64,000 nucleotides of DNA from Octopus vulgaris (taxonomy: Eukaryota). Of the stretch, positions 1-11,542 are shown one piece after another. The notes below the pieces were generated by a model that was not told where the DNA came from, searched no databases, and saw only the letters and a list, made by a program, of their open reading frames with translations. Numbering within the stretch: position 1 is the stretch's first letter; each line of letters begins with the position of its first letter. Both the position numbers and the translations under genes were made by a program. The stretch spans positions 133,796,001-133,860,000 of the forward strand of contig OX597815.1 in NCBI GenBank assembly GCA_951406725.2. The letters run 5' to 3'.

Positions 1-296
1 TATGACAACTAAATGTATTAAAGTCTGAGGATTAAAAATTTTACTATATTTCCATTGGAATACATTGTCTTTGTTTAAAATTAATTTTTGAAAATAATGA
101 AAAATCTATTAAAATAATCTTGTCATTATTCACAAGTGTTTCAGATTTATAGTAACATGACATTTTGATAGGAAGGTTTTAATTTATGTTTATGAATTTG
201 TGTTGCAAGACTCCTGATTTAGATCTTTGTAAAACAAGGAATTTGTATCATAGAACTAAGAAACCGTCTCTGGTGTGTTGGTATCAAAAGGGTTAA
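1..296. mobile_element. TTAA-ended non-autonomous DNA element (piggyBac-like MITE, family B), left end not seen
   Basis: Ends GGTATCAAAAGGG+TTAA at ~280-296. The internal sequence is similar to copies at ~36290-36544 and 38342-38572, and the latter starts TTAA+CCCTTTTG. Confidence 0.55.
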
Positions 297-456
297 AGAT
301 TTCTAATGGAGGTCCCCCATCTCTCTCTCTCTCTCACACACACACATACCTCTTCCACTATTTTACTGGTTTCAGTCATGGGACTATGATAAAACAAACT
401 TGAAACCTTCAATGTTTTAGGTTATCTTGAACAAACCAATCAATCCTTTTTCATTC

Positions 457-502
<46 letters not shown>

Positions 503-704
503 AGAAAAATTGAAAATGGAGACAAATGCACTTCATATCATCAACATATGTTTCGATGGATGCATTCAAAATATAAATCCGACAGGATGAATAATGTGGA
601 GCAATGTATCAATCTTATCAGGGAAGATATAAACACTATATATAATGTGTTGTTCTGTAATAGAAAAATCAACAAAAAAGTACTCCATCTAGTGAGAGAA
701 AAAC

Positions 705-912
705 ATTTATTTAAAGGACATGATACATATTTTTAAGTGCTACTAATAGTTTCATATATTGAGAAATATCTCAAAAATATTCATCTGGTACAAACCACAT
801 ATCATATCATTATGATATGTGGTTTGTGCCTGATGAATATGTTTGAGATAATTGTCAACATATGAAACTATTAGTAGCACTTAAAGACATGTATTGTGTA
901 CTTTAAATAAAT
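705..912. repeat. ~200-bp imperfect foldback (long inverted repeat), MITE-like
   Basis: TTAAGTGCTACTAATAGTTTCATAT pairs with ATATGAAACTATTAGTAGCACTTAA. The centre is CAAACCACATATCAT-ATCATT-ATGATATGTGGTTTG, and the outer ends are ATTTATTTAAAG / CTTTAAATAAAT. Confidence 0.85.
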
Positions 913-1077
913 AATATATATATCCACTCCGAGAGTGTAAGCACCCTCTACACTCTTGGAGTAGTTGACGTTAGGAAGGGTATCCAGCAGTAGAAACCTT
1001 GCCAGATCAGATTGGAGCCTGGTACAGCTTTCTGGCTTGCCAGTCCTTAGTCAAACCATCCAACACCCTGCAGTATG
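895..1077 (+). repeat. 183-bp local direct duplication, copy 1 (foldback end plus RTE-type 3' tail)
   Basis: Near-identical to 2863-3045, including the unique junction TGTGTACTTTAAATAAATAATATATATATCCACTCCGAGAG. Confidence 0.85.
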
Positions 1078-1129
1078 GAAAGTAGATGTTAAACGATGAT
1101 GATGATGATAAATATATATATATTTCATA

Positions 1130-1413
1130 ATCATCATTGTTTAATATCCACTTTTCCATGCTTGCATGAGTCTGATGGAAGGAATTTGTTGAACCAGATT
1201 TTCTATGACTGGATGTCTGGCTGTCCTTCCTGTTGCCAGTTCTTACATGTTTCCAAGTAAAGTGATATATTTCCCCATGGCCAAATATACTTTATTTTTA
1301 TGGAAGACTGGATTCGAACAATATCGCTTGTATGACAGTGATGCTCATTTACAATCATCACATGATGCCAAGACAAGAACAGACACACACACACAGATAT
1401 AAATATGTGTGTA

Positions 1414-1475
<62 letters not shown>

Positions 1476-1625
1476 CATACATGGGTTTCTTATAGTTTCC
1501 ATCTATCAAATCCATTTACAAAGCTTTGGTTCACTTGGATCTTTTGTAGGTGTCAGCAGTGGGACTGAACTTATGACCACACGGCTGGGCAACAAGCTTC
1601 TTAAGCACATGACAGTGCTTGTGCC
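1130..1625 (-). mobile_element. tRNA-derived SINE (CORE-like head, RTE-type tail), degenerate
   Basis: Reverse complement of the family seen on + at 42343-42760 and 61130-61600 (GGGACTGAAC...ACCAC, central microsatellite, CATCATTGTTTAATATCCACTTTTCCATGC). Confidence 0.7.
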
Positions 1626-2146
1626 TATATTTTTATGTTGTGGGTATGGAACACTCTACTACCATTCTATCATTACTAAAGAAAACATAATTCCATCCAA
1701 TTTTTGAAAATTTTTCTAATGTTTTCAATCTTAAAACCATAATTTGAATAATTTATGTATTTTTAATGATTAGTGTTATTTGTGATGATTTATAAAAAAA
1801 AAATCAATTATCATTTACTGAACCATGAATGTCTGATTGGAATTGGTAAGTTCACTTCGTTCATAGTTCTGTCTTGGAAGAAAATGGTAATCATAATTTT
1901 GCTTTTAAATTATAGAATTAATTTTAGGATCTAGTTAATAAAATATAAATGCATAACTATAGATCACTTAAAACTGAGAGAAAATAATTAATATTTTGTT
2001 CAATCAATCAACTAAAATTAATCTATTCCAATTCACACACACAAAGGAAGTATGTTCCACCACATGCAGTTGTATTCATTTTCTTTGTTTTATCCACAGT
2101 AAGTTTGAATCTCTTTGAAATCTCTCCAGCCCATCCCACACATTGC

Positions 2147-2375
2147 TTAACCCTTTAGTGTTCTCATTATTCTGCCAAAATTAATCCTTTTTTATCCACA
2201 TTGTTTTGAACTAATCAGGCATTATCTTGTAGCTGTGAGATTTTGATGAGGTAGCTGTTAATTTTTAAAACGATATTGTAGGGTTGGTGTGAGAGACCAG
2301 ATCTGGCCAGTTTGAACATAAAACAGGCAGAATACTTCTGGCCGGATATGGCCAGTTTAAATGCTAAAGGGTTAA
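2147..2375 (+). mobile_element. piggyBac-like MITE (family A)
   Basis: TTAA|CCCTTTAG ... CTAAAGGG|TTAA gives TTAA target sites with CCC/GGG ends. At least 6 copies occur in the window. Confidence 0.75.
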
Positions 2376-2862
2376 ACATGTGTTTTCTACATTCAATCCT
2401 TGATTAATCCTTGAAATATTTAATTACTTATATACATCTTTCTCTCTCTCTCTCTCTCTCATACATAGACACGTATAAAATATACATTCATACATATGTA
2501 TGTGTATATGTATGGTTTAACACATCGTTTTGGGTTCTGCCCCATTATGTGGAAGCTTGGGTAACTGTCTTCTACTGTATGGCCTTGGGGCAATCATTGC
2601 TTTCTGACTAACATTGGTATATGAAGACAGTACAGAAGGCCCATCTGTGTGCGTGTGTGAGTGTATACTTATGCATGTAAGTGTAGTTGTGTGCTTTAGT
2701 AGTTCCCTTCCCAACTACATGGTTTATGTTTCAATTCCACTGCATTGCACCTTGGCCAAGTGTATTCTACTACAGCCCCTTGTGAGTGGATTTAATAAAT
2801 GAAAGCTGAAAGACACTCATTGTGTGTGTGTATGTGTATACACACACACACACATATATATA

Positions 2863-3045
2863 TGTGTACTTTAAATAAATAATATATATATCCACTCCGA
2901 GAGTGTAAGCACCCTCTACATTCTTGGAGTGGTTGACGTTAGGAAGGGTATCCAGCTGTAGAAACCTTGCCAGATCAGATTGGAGCCTGCTACAGCTTTC
3001 TGGCTTGCCAGTCCTTAGTCAAACCATCCAACACCCTGCAGTATG
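2863..3045 (+). repeat. 183-bp local direct duplication, copy 2
   Basis: Matches 895-1077 with only a few substitutions and is flanked by TA/TG microsatellites. Confidence 0.85.
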
Positions 3046-3049
3046 TATG

Positions 3050-3086
<37 letters not shown>

Positions 3087-3966
3087 CCTTGTTCTGATAG
3101 TATGTGATGGTTGCAAGCAAGTGTCAGTATCAACTAAACAGTATCGTTCATTCCAGTCTTCATGAAAACATGTCCAGCCTAGAGAAAATAATTTATTTGC
3201 TTGGAAACAAGTGAGTGTTAGTGACAGGAAAAGCATCTGGCCACAGAACATCTCTCTCAGTAAATTTCGCCTTACCCATGCATGCATGAAATAGTGGACA
3301 TTAAATGATGATGATGATGATGATGATGATAATAAATATGTTTGCAAGGAAAGGTTGCTGATTACTTTCAAGTTTCAGCTACATAACTTTCATCAAAACA
3401 CACACACACACACACTGATGTATGATGTACATCATTTAGTATATCACCACCTACCTGAATTATGTAAATTTATTCTATTGACTCATTTCACTAATTGTAA
3501 TTATGTGAATCACACTGGCCAAAAAAATTTCATAATTATCTTTCTACTTGTAAAGATGTCTGTCCACTGATGATGAAAGCAGACATGTGAAGATAATGCT
3601 TCACTGATAAGGTCTAATAAGACTGGAACTTGTCCCTAGCTGTCACCTTACTTGCTAAGATAGATCAAATTTTCCCCTTAACTTCTTGAGTTTATCTCCC
3701 CTTTGAGTCGCTGACAATTGTCGTAAGTTATTGTTTTCTTCCTCCAACCAAATACATTTCAACACAAGTTTTTGCATTCATCATTTTGTGTATATGGAAT
3801 ACACAGCTGTATTCTAGTTGCATCTATTTTGGCAAGATATATATTTGGATGCAAATTTGTTATATGTGTATACGTCAATTTGTGTGTGTATGTACTTTGT
3901 GCATATATACTTATATTTATGTGTGTATATTGTATACTGTGTGTATACTGTGTTTGTAAAAATCTT

Positions 3967-4436
3967 TCAACAGTATCAACACCAAGCAGTGTTTAGGCAT
4001 AAGTGAGCTTTAAGTTAGTTAAAATATGTTTATAACATATTTCAACTCCTAAATGCAAGTCTACTGCATTTACCATGGACAAAAAATTCTCTCTCATGGT
4101 AAGAGTTATAAAACACCATATCTGCTCAGTACTGGCCTCTATTGGATTCCCAGATGCAGTGTTTCTAGCTCTTTAACCATTATCAATGGGAAATACTGAA
4201 GAAAGGTAACTCAGGGTATATTTAAATCATAGCTTTAGCTGAAACACAGTCAACAACATTGACTGAGCTGCACTATTGGACTGCCAGGTCAGAAGGAATT
4301 CAGCAGTGTCAGCATCAAGCAGTGTTTAGGCATAAGCAAACTTTAAATTAGTTAAAATATGTTTGTGACATATTTCAACTTCTAAAGGCAAATTCACTGC
4401 AATTACTGTAGAGAAAAAAATTCTCCTTCATGGTAA
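3967..4436 (+). repeat. Diverged ~135-bp direct repeat pair (offset 333 bp), possibly within an old LINE RT relic
   Basis: 3967-4102 and 4300-4436 share CAAGCAGTGTTTAGGCATAAG...TTAGTTAAAATATGTTT...ACATATTTCAACT...AAAAAATTCTC...TCATGGTAA. The LINE assignment is only tentative. Confidence 0.7.
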
Positions 4437-4815
4437 AAAATGTACCCACCACTGTCATCATTAACATCATCATCTTTGCACACATCTGTTTTTCATGCTG
4501 GTACAGGTTAGATGGATTGTCAGTTTTTACTTGGAGCTCCTGTTCTCCTAGATGGGCCAGAAGACCATATCTTACTTGTACATATCATTTTGAAATGGTT
4601 TTAATGGCTGGATACCATTCCTAATGTCAGCCACTTTACAGAATGTTACTGATGCATTTTATCATGGCACCATTTTTGCGTAAGTGTATGTTATATATAT
4701 GTGTACATATTTGCTTCTCTGTGTATTATGTAGAAAACCTGCCTCAACAAATTATGATTGACTCCTTGTAAGCATAGGAAAATGAATGTTAAACTGATGA
4801 TGACAATTATATATG

Positions 4816-4864
<49 letters not shown>

Positions 4865-4873
4865 TTATATGTG

Positions 4874-4926
<53 letters not shown>

Positions 4927-5819
4927 GTGTGTGTGTGTGTGTTTATAAACTGCAGACATGTTTATTTACAAATATTTTCGTAATCTCAATTTAATGTTAA
5001 TTTTATTTGTTATTTTCTATTAACACAAATATTCTTTCATGCTAGCAGAATTTATCTTTGAAAATTTGAATATAGCTTTTGGGCAAATGTTTCATGGATG
5101 GATGCCTTCTCTACAAGTGAATATTCAACTGTGAAATTATAAAGCACCTACTTTGTTTGAAGTATGTTAAGGAACATGATTTTATTGTAGCGTAGGTTTG
5201 AACCCATGACCTCATAGTAGCTGGTCCAGTATCTGACCTTCTCAACCACTTCACCTTGTAATGTTTGAAGATGTTTACAGCTTCTAATTATTGATCTCTG
5301 ATTTTGAATAACTGGAAATCTAGATTTTGTGTGTGTGTGTGTGTGATAGTTCTTTTTGCCTTTATGTTGTTGTTTAGCATTAAGTCAATGTTTACAGAGC
5401 AAACTGATGATCAAAGGCATTCCAATCATGACCAACCTGTCTTTTGGGTTTTTTTCTTTTCCATCTTAGTTTATCTAAGAGTATACTGTCTGATATGCTT
5501 TTCATATCACACCTTACTGCCTTTTCTAAGAGAGTAAGGTATGATATGAGAAAGATTTGGGTGCTATTTCTAGCAAGTAGAGTGACCATATGTGATATAT
5601 GTGCCTGTAAGTGGCCTTTTTGTATGCATGTATGTATGTATTTGCATGTGCTTGTGTTTGTGTATGTATATGAGATACACTCTATTTTCTTACCTGACTT
5701 TGTTACTACTCCAAAATGTAAATTTTCATGGTTTACTTATATGAACCTGCTCCATTGAACAATTACACCAGACCTAGAGCTAAACAATATTAAGAACCCT
5801 TCATATGAAACCCATCCAC

Positions 5820-6480
5820 CCATCCATTCATCTTCTCCATTCATTATTCCTGGGATGGCCATGACAGTTAGAGTCCTCAAGTACCTCCATAGGGTCCCAT
5901 CTGAAGTAGCTGTCATTAGACTTTCCAGCTGGATTCCCAAACATGACCAGCTGAGACTATGGGTATTATCCAACATTGTCACACTTGGTTTGCCCTTAGG
6001 TCTCCTGCTGGTTGCTTTGGCTAGAAAAATCTGTCTTGTGATTCTTTTTTGCAACATTCTAATCATATGTCCATAGCAGTGGTGTAGCTTGAGTGTGTGC
6101 TGCTTGTAGCAGCCCTCCAGTTTGCCACCTCTAGGTCCCCCACAAAAAAATACCTATTGCACAGTGACTATATCAATTGTTGCATTTAATGGTGAGTAGT
6201 GTCCATGTCCCAACTTTAAAGCCACTATTATTTGATTTTATAACAGCCTATACAGGCTTATAAACTATAGCAGACCCCAAAGTGGTGCCACCTCCATAAA
6301 AGCCCCATCCAAGGTGGACTGTCCCACTCTACCTATGCTAGTAGTCCATAGTACCTGAGCTGTGATCTCTCAACATGGAGAACTAGTAGTTTGACCTGGA
6401 GAGACTCACCGATCGCTTAGCTACACACCTTATCAAGTAATGTTACTTTAAAGTTCTTTTGGTGGAACCCCATTTTCAAT
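5820..6480 (-). mobile_element. RTE-clade LINE 3' fragment, interrupted by a hAT MITE
   Basis: With the insert removed, the minus strand reads ...VLHVERSQLRYYGHMIRMLQKRITRQIFLAKATSRRPKGKP...LGIQLESLMTATSDGTLWR. This matches the RTE C-terminal pattern LRW.GH..RM / RPRGRP / A.DR..WR. It ends in a (GGAT)n-like tail. Confidence 0.8.
6077..6343. mobile_element. hAT-type MITE with 8-bp TSD
   Basis: Perfect direct repeat GTCCATAG at 6069-6076 and 6344-6351. Starts CAGTGGTGTAGC, with a decayed right TIR. Excision restores the RTE reading frame. Confidence 0.8.
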
Positions 6481-6699
6481 CATTACTCAACATCCCAACA
6501 TTCATGATCAAATGAAACCCAAGTTTCTAAAATCATTTCTCAGTAGTTAGAACAAAGGAAGGACACCTTGATTAGGCATTCTCATCTTCTCTAGATGATA
6601 GCTGCAATTAAATCTTGGTTTAAGACCCTAAATATGCCATGATCCAGTTGGTCTATGATAAAAGCTGATCTTGTTGTGACCATTTTAACTATTATATTT

Positions 6700-6881
6700 T
6701 ACTTGTTTCAGTCATTGGACTTTGACCATGCTGGGATAATGCTTTGAAGGGTTTAGTTGAAAAATCGACCCCAGTACTTATATTTTAAGTATGATACGTC
6801 TATTGGTCATTTTTGGTGAACAGTTAAGTTATAGGAATGTAAACAAACCAACACCATTTGTTAAGCAGCAATGGGGGACAA

Positions 6882-6939
<58 letters not shown>

Positions 6940-7120
6940 ATATATATATATATATATGACAGACCTATTCATAGTTTCTGTCTCCCAAATTCACTCACAA
7001 GACATTGGTTGGCCTGGAGCCATAATAGAAGGGATATGACCAATGTGCTGTGCAGTGGGACTGAACCTGAAACCATGTGGTTGCAGAGCAAGCATCTTAA
7101 CCACACAGCTATGCCTACAC
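6700..7120 (-). mobile_element. tRNA-derived SINE (CORE-like head, ...TGACTGAAAC tail variant)
   Basis: Reverse complement of the 57648-58027 family: ACTTGTTTCAGTCATT...GGGACTGAACCTGAAACCATGTGGTTG...CTTAACCACACAGC. Confidence 0.75.
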
Positions 7121-7191
7121 CTAATTACAGACATTGTATATGTAGGACTTCATTATCCAGTGACCTTCCTTCTTTAAGATGATAACATGAT

Positions 7192-7370
7192 TTAACCCTT
7201 TAGCAAATATTGTATCTGTTTTATGTTGAAACTGACCAGATTGAGCCTCTCACAGCTACCCTGCAATGTCATTCTAAAAATAACCAGTCACATCTTCAAA
7301 ATCTAATTTGAAAAACTATGGCTAAATAAGCATTATGTTTGATAAATTAATCTGAATGCTAAAGGGTTAA
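7192..7370 (-). mobile_element. piggyBac-like MITE (family A), internally deleted
   Basis: TTAA|CCCTTTAGCA...TGCTAAAGGG|TTAA. The internal sequence is the reverse complement of 2151-2371. Confidence 0.7.
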
Positions 7371-7827
7371 GGAGTATTTGGATGTTATTCCTGGTAAGTA
7401 GCCTTAATCCATCTCTTGATTTGACCCGACCACATGTCCATTGAGTGCCTTTAGTAAGCATTCTGACCAGGTCTTCAGTTCTTTCCACTAAGCTAGGATG
7501 CTCTGCAAAACAAAACAAACAAAAAACAAAAAAAAACCCAAAAAGTGATGGGCTCCCACTTGTTCTGACAAAGCCAAAAAGATAAATTAAAAGCTGTTGA
7601 GTAAATGATGATGATGATAATATCTAGAGTAACATTATCCAATGTGTCTGTCCTCCCTTATTTTAAGATAGTAGGGTGTGATTTGACAGAGATTTGGTTG
7701 CTATTTCTAGCACACAAAGTAGCCACTTTAAAGAGGCTTCTTTCACTGAGTTATCATCTCCTGACAGTTTATTTCTTTACTTCATGTTATCACCACCGAC
7801 CCACTGCCATTACTACTACTGCTGCTA

Positions 7828-7861
<34 letters not shown>

Positions 7862-8234
7862 GGCTACTGCTGCTGCTAAACATGCTAATGTCATCTCAAA
7901 CTCCCAAATATCTTCCAAGTATTTTTATCACTAATCTCTGATCACAGGAAACATTATAATCTTGTATTAAACATGTGATTAACCATGACTATATTCTGCT
8001 ATTTATAACTAAAATCTAACCCTTTCTTCCCCTTTTAATCAAGGTTTTAATATTGATCCTTAATACTGTAGAATCTACTTTGAAGCATTTTTCTGGCATG
8101 AAAGCAATTTCTATAATTTCTAACATGAATGGAAATAGTAACTGATGATGAACAGACTATTGTTGTTGTTGTCGCCTTCCTCCTCCTCCCCCTCCACTCC
8201 TCCTCCTCATCATCATCATTGTGGTGGTGGTGGT

Positions 8235-8407
8235 GGTGAATTGACAGAATCTTTACAATGTTGGAAAAAATGCCTTGCAGTATTTCTTTTTACATTCTGT
8301 TCAAATCCCATTGAAATCCACTTTGCCTTTCATTGCTCTGAGGTCAATAAAATAAAGTACCAGTCAACTGCTGGGGCTGATGGTGGCTCTTGTACCTAAA
8401 TTAGAGA

Positions 8408-8440
<33 letters not shown>

Positions 8441-8670
8441 GGCAACAAGCTGGCAGAATTGTTAGCACACCTGGCAAAATGCTTAGTGGCATTTCGTCCG
8501 TTTTTACGTTCTGAGTTCAAATGCAGCCAAGGTCAACTTTGCCTTTCATCCTTTCAGTGTTGATAAATTAAGTACCAGTGAAACACCAAGGATGATGTAA
8601 TCGACTAGTCCCCTCCTGCAAAATTTCAAGCTCTGTGCCTTTAGTAGAAAGGATTATTATTATTATTATT
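8235..8670 (+). mobile_element. Two tandem tRNA-derived SINEs with (ATT)n tails (Meta-domain-like family)
   Basis: Head AGCTGGCAGAATTGTTAG (A-box-like), GAGTTCAAAT (B-box-like), central ACTTTGCCTTTCATCCTTTC..GATAAATTAAGTACCAG, and an (ATT)n tail. The family name is from memory. Confidence 0.8.
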
Positions 8671-8684
8671 AAGGAGACTTACTG

Positions 8685-9068
8685 AGTCAAGTACGTCAAC
8701 ACCAACATCAAAATAAAAATCAAATGGAAATTGTAGTTAAGATACCCATGCCAGTGACACGTAAAAAGCACTGTCCGAACGTGGCTGATACCAGCACCGC
8801 CTGACTGGCATCCATGTCGGTGACATGTAAAAGCACCAACCGATTGTGACCGTTTGCTAGCCTCCTCTGGCCCCTGTGCCAGTGGCACGTAAAAAACACC
8901 CACTACACTCACGGAGTGGTTGGCGTTTGGAAGGGCATCCAGCTGTAGAAACACTGCCAGATCAGACTGGAGCCTGGTGCAGCCTTCTGGCTTCCCAGAC
9001 CCCAGTCGAACCGTCCAACCCATGCCAGCATGGAAAACAGATGTTAAACGATGATAATGATGATGATG
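8685..9068 (+). mobile_element. RTE-associated 3' UTR/tail with internal ~55-65-bp subrepeats, ending in (GAT)n
   Basis: Repeated GTGRCACGTAAAA(A)GCAC units, then GGAAGGGCATCCAGCTGTAGAAAC...CCCATGCCAGCATGG...GTTAAACGATGAT. The same tail follows the RTE ORF end at 9301-9958. Confidence 0.7.
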
Positions 9069-9300
9069 AAGGCAATGAGCTGGCAGAATTGTTAGCACAC
9101 CAGGCAAAATGTTTAGCAACATTTCATCCATCTTTACATTCTGCCTTTTATCCTTTTGGAGTTGATAAAATAAGTACCAGTCGAGCACTGGGTCAATGTA
9201 ATTGATTTATCTCTTACCCCAAAATTACTGGCCTTGTGCCAGAATTTGAAATCATTATTATTATACCATTTGTATGCCAGCGATGCTTGTTTATAACTGT

Positions 9301-9958
9301 TAGGTGTAAGAGAATCAGATGTAGTGTGCAAGAGCGATGACTGCACTGGTATGTTCATGTGATGCATATGGACAAGGACAGTTGTGTAAAGAAGTGCTGA
9401 TCTCTAACTGTGGAGGGAGTCTGTGGTAGAGATAGATCCAGGAAGATCTGGGATGAGTAGGTGAAGCATGATCTTCAAACAGGCTTCACAGAGGCAGTGA
9501 CTAGTGACTGAGACCTTTGGTGATGTGCCATGCTTCAGAAGATCCATCAAGCCAAGTGAAATCATAGTCATGGCTGATGCTGGTGTCACGTAACTGATAT
9601 TTGTGCCAGTGGCACATAAAAGACACCTTTCAAGCACTGGGCCTCATGGAGGCAAGGTGGCTGATACCAGTGGCACATGAAAAGTACTTTTGAGTGTTGG
9701 GCGTCATGGAGGCAATGACAAGTGACCGAGACCTTTGGCATTATGCTGTGCTTGAGAAGAAGACCCATCAAGCCAAGTGAAATCATAGTTGTGGTAGATA
9801 CTGATGTCACACAAATGGCACCTGTACCAGTGGAATGTAAAAGCACCCTTTACACTCTCAGAGTGGTAGGTGTTAGGAAGGGCATCCAACTATAGAAACC
9901 ATGAATTCAGACTAGAGTTTGGTACAGCCTTCCAGCATGGATAAAGGATGATGATGAT
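9301..9958 (+). mobile_element. RTE-clade LINE 3' end (degraded ORF end, duplicated 3' UTR, (GAT)n tail)
   Basis: Reads IRCSVQER*LHWYVHVMHMDKDSCVKKC*SLTVEGVCGRDRSRKIWDE*VKHDL, matching the RTE C-terminus. ~9490-9630 is duplicated at ~9709-9851. Confidence 0.8.
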
Positions 9959-11397
9959 CTCTGCACAACCTCTGATCAAATTTCTCTGAGATTGGTTTTA
10001 ACTTTCACCTCTGAAGTAAAAAAAATAAGTACCAGTCTTATAATAGGGGTCGATCCAGTCTGCTGTATTTGCCTCTTTTACACATCTGTGACCTTGTTCC
10101 AATGTAAGAAGCCATAGTTATTGCATGCTTCTAAAACATAACCAAACATAGCTGTGTGCTTATCTTCACCAATAATTCTAAACCTTTATAAGCCAATGCC
10201 ACCCAACTCTTAAATTCCACTCACCACCTCCTTTCTTTCAATGTAGAATTTTATCTATCCACAGCAGGATGTCTTCCAGTCTTCCAGTCAGGCTCAGACA
10301 AAATCTTTTTGCTCTAATTACCAAATTAATAATTTCTGGTCTCGATTTCACATTAGTCGGTTTATGATATAGCAATGGGAATCAAGAGTTAATTTTTGCC
10401 AGATTTTAAAGTAAACTTATCTTTCATACCACCCTTTCAATGTCGTGTTACCACCCTCATCATGCCTGACTTGTCTTGATTATGAGTGACTGATCTAATG
10501 CAAGATATGCTAGTGGATCTTGTCTCTAATGTACACTCATTAATAGAGTACAGCAAGTTAATAAAGAATTCATTAATTGTGTAGTATGCTTCTGATGCTT
10601 ATAGATTTAAACTGTGCTGCACTACCACAGGGATTTATGGCTATGAAAAATGGGCCATTGTCAAATTGAAGTATCTAAAATATTTTCTTGGAAAATTTAC
10701 ACTGAAATGGTTTCCTGTTACATTCTCCAAGTAGATCTGAGTCCTATGAATATTTCTAGATCTGGCACTGATTGGAGGTATTGCGATAGGGAGAATTAAA
10801 TATCCTGCTCACATTTGAACTCACACATGTGAACTAATTGTATTTTGTTTAGATCCAAGTCAGCCCTGTTTAATCAAAAGTTGCAGCTTTGACCATTCTG
10901 TCTGTTTTTTTTATATCTAGGACAACATTATCCAATGTGCCCTAGTTTTAAGAATGTAATGTACAAATTTTGAGAATTTTGCTGCAATTTTCTAGTATAT
11001 TAAGCAAATGTACAAAGGATCCTCTATTGGTGACATATATGGTAGTAGTCTAATGTATTATGGGTGTGTTGATAATCAAATTAATAAGGTGTTGAACACC
11101 CAGCTAAGTAGTTGATAATTCATATCCTAACACTATTACTTTATTGTGTCAGCAGTAAATAGATACGCTTATTTCTTAATGGCCCTGTGTGTGTAGCTGT
11201 TTACATGGAGGATATAATTCATTCTTACAAGTAGTGGTGACAGAGTAAAATTCCCAAGTGTTTTGTTCATTTGCAATTGTAAATTTAACTCCCCTCTCAT
11301 CAATATAGCTTGAGAGAAAGAGATGAACTTGCCACGTGACCGATTTTGCCCTATTATTGTCTTCATTTGAAGACTTCTAGCTAGGGCGCCTCTAAGG

Positions 11398-11542
11398 CAA
11401 TCATGGGCAACCGGCAGCCCATGGGACTTTCTGAATGGCATGACTAACGAAAAATTACCTTGAAGTTTTTAGTCGTGTGGCCTACTAAATGATCAGCTAT
11501 GTCTCATGCGGTTCACTTCTCGTAAAAGATTGCTGATGCCTG
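11398..11542. mobile_element. hAT (Charlie-like) MITE with 8-bp TSD
   Basis: TSD CTCTAAGG (11390-11397) / TTCTAAGG (11543-11550). Imperfect TIRs CAATCATGGGCAAC / GATTGCTGATGCCTG. Confidence 0.7.

Noticed and set aside
3560-3610. TGATGA...CTGA suggesting a C/D snoRNA or hammerhead
   Set aside because: The boxes are only ~40 nt apart with no closing stem, and there is no helix II between CTGATGA and GAAA.
7605-7934. ORF with poly-Thr/poly-Ala
   Set aside because: Derived from (CTA)n/(CTG)n repeats next to a repeat remnant, with no supporting splice or homology evidence.
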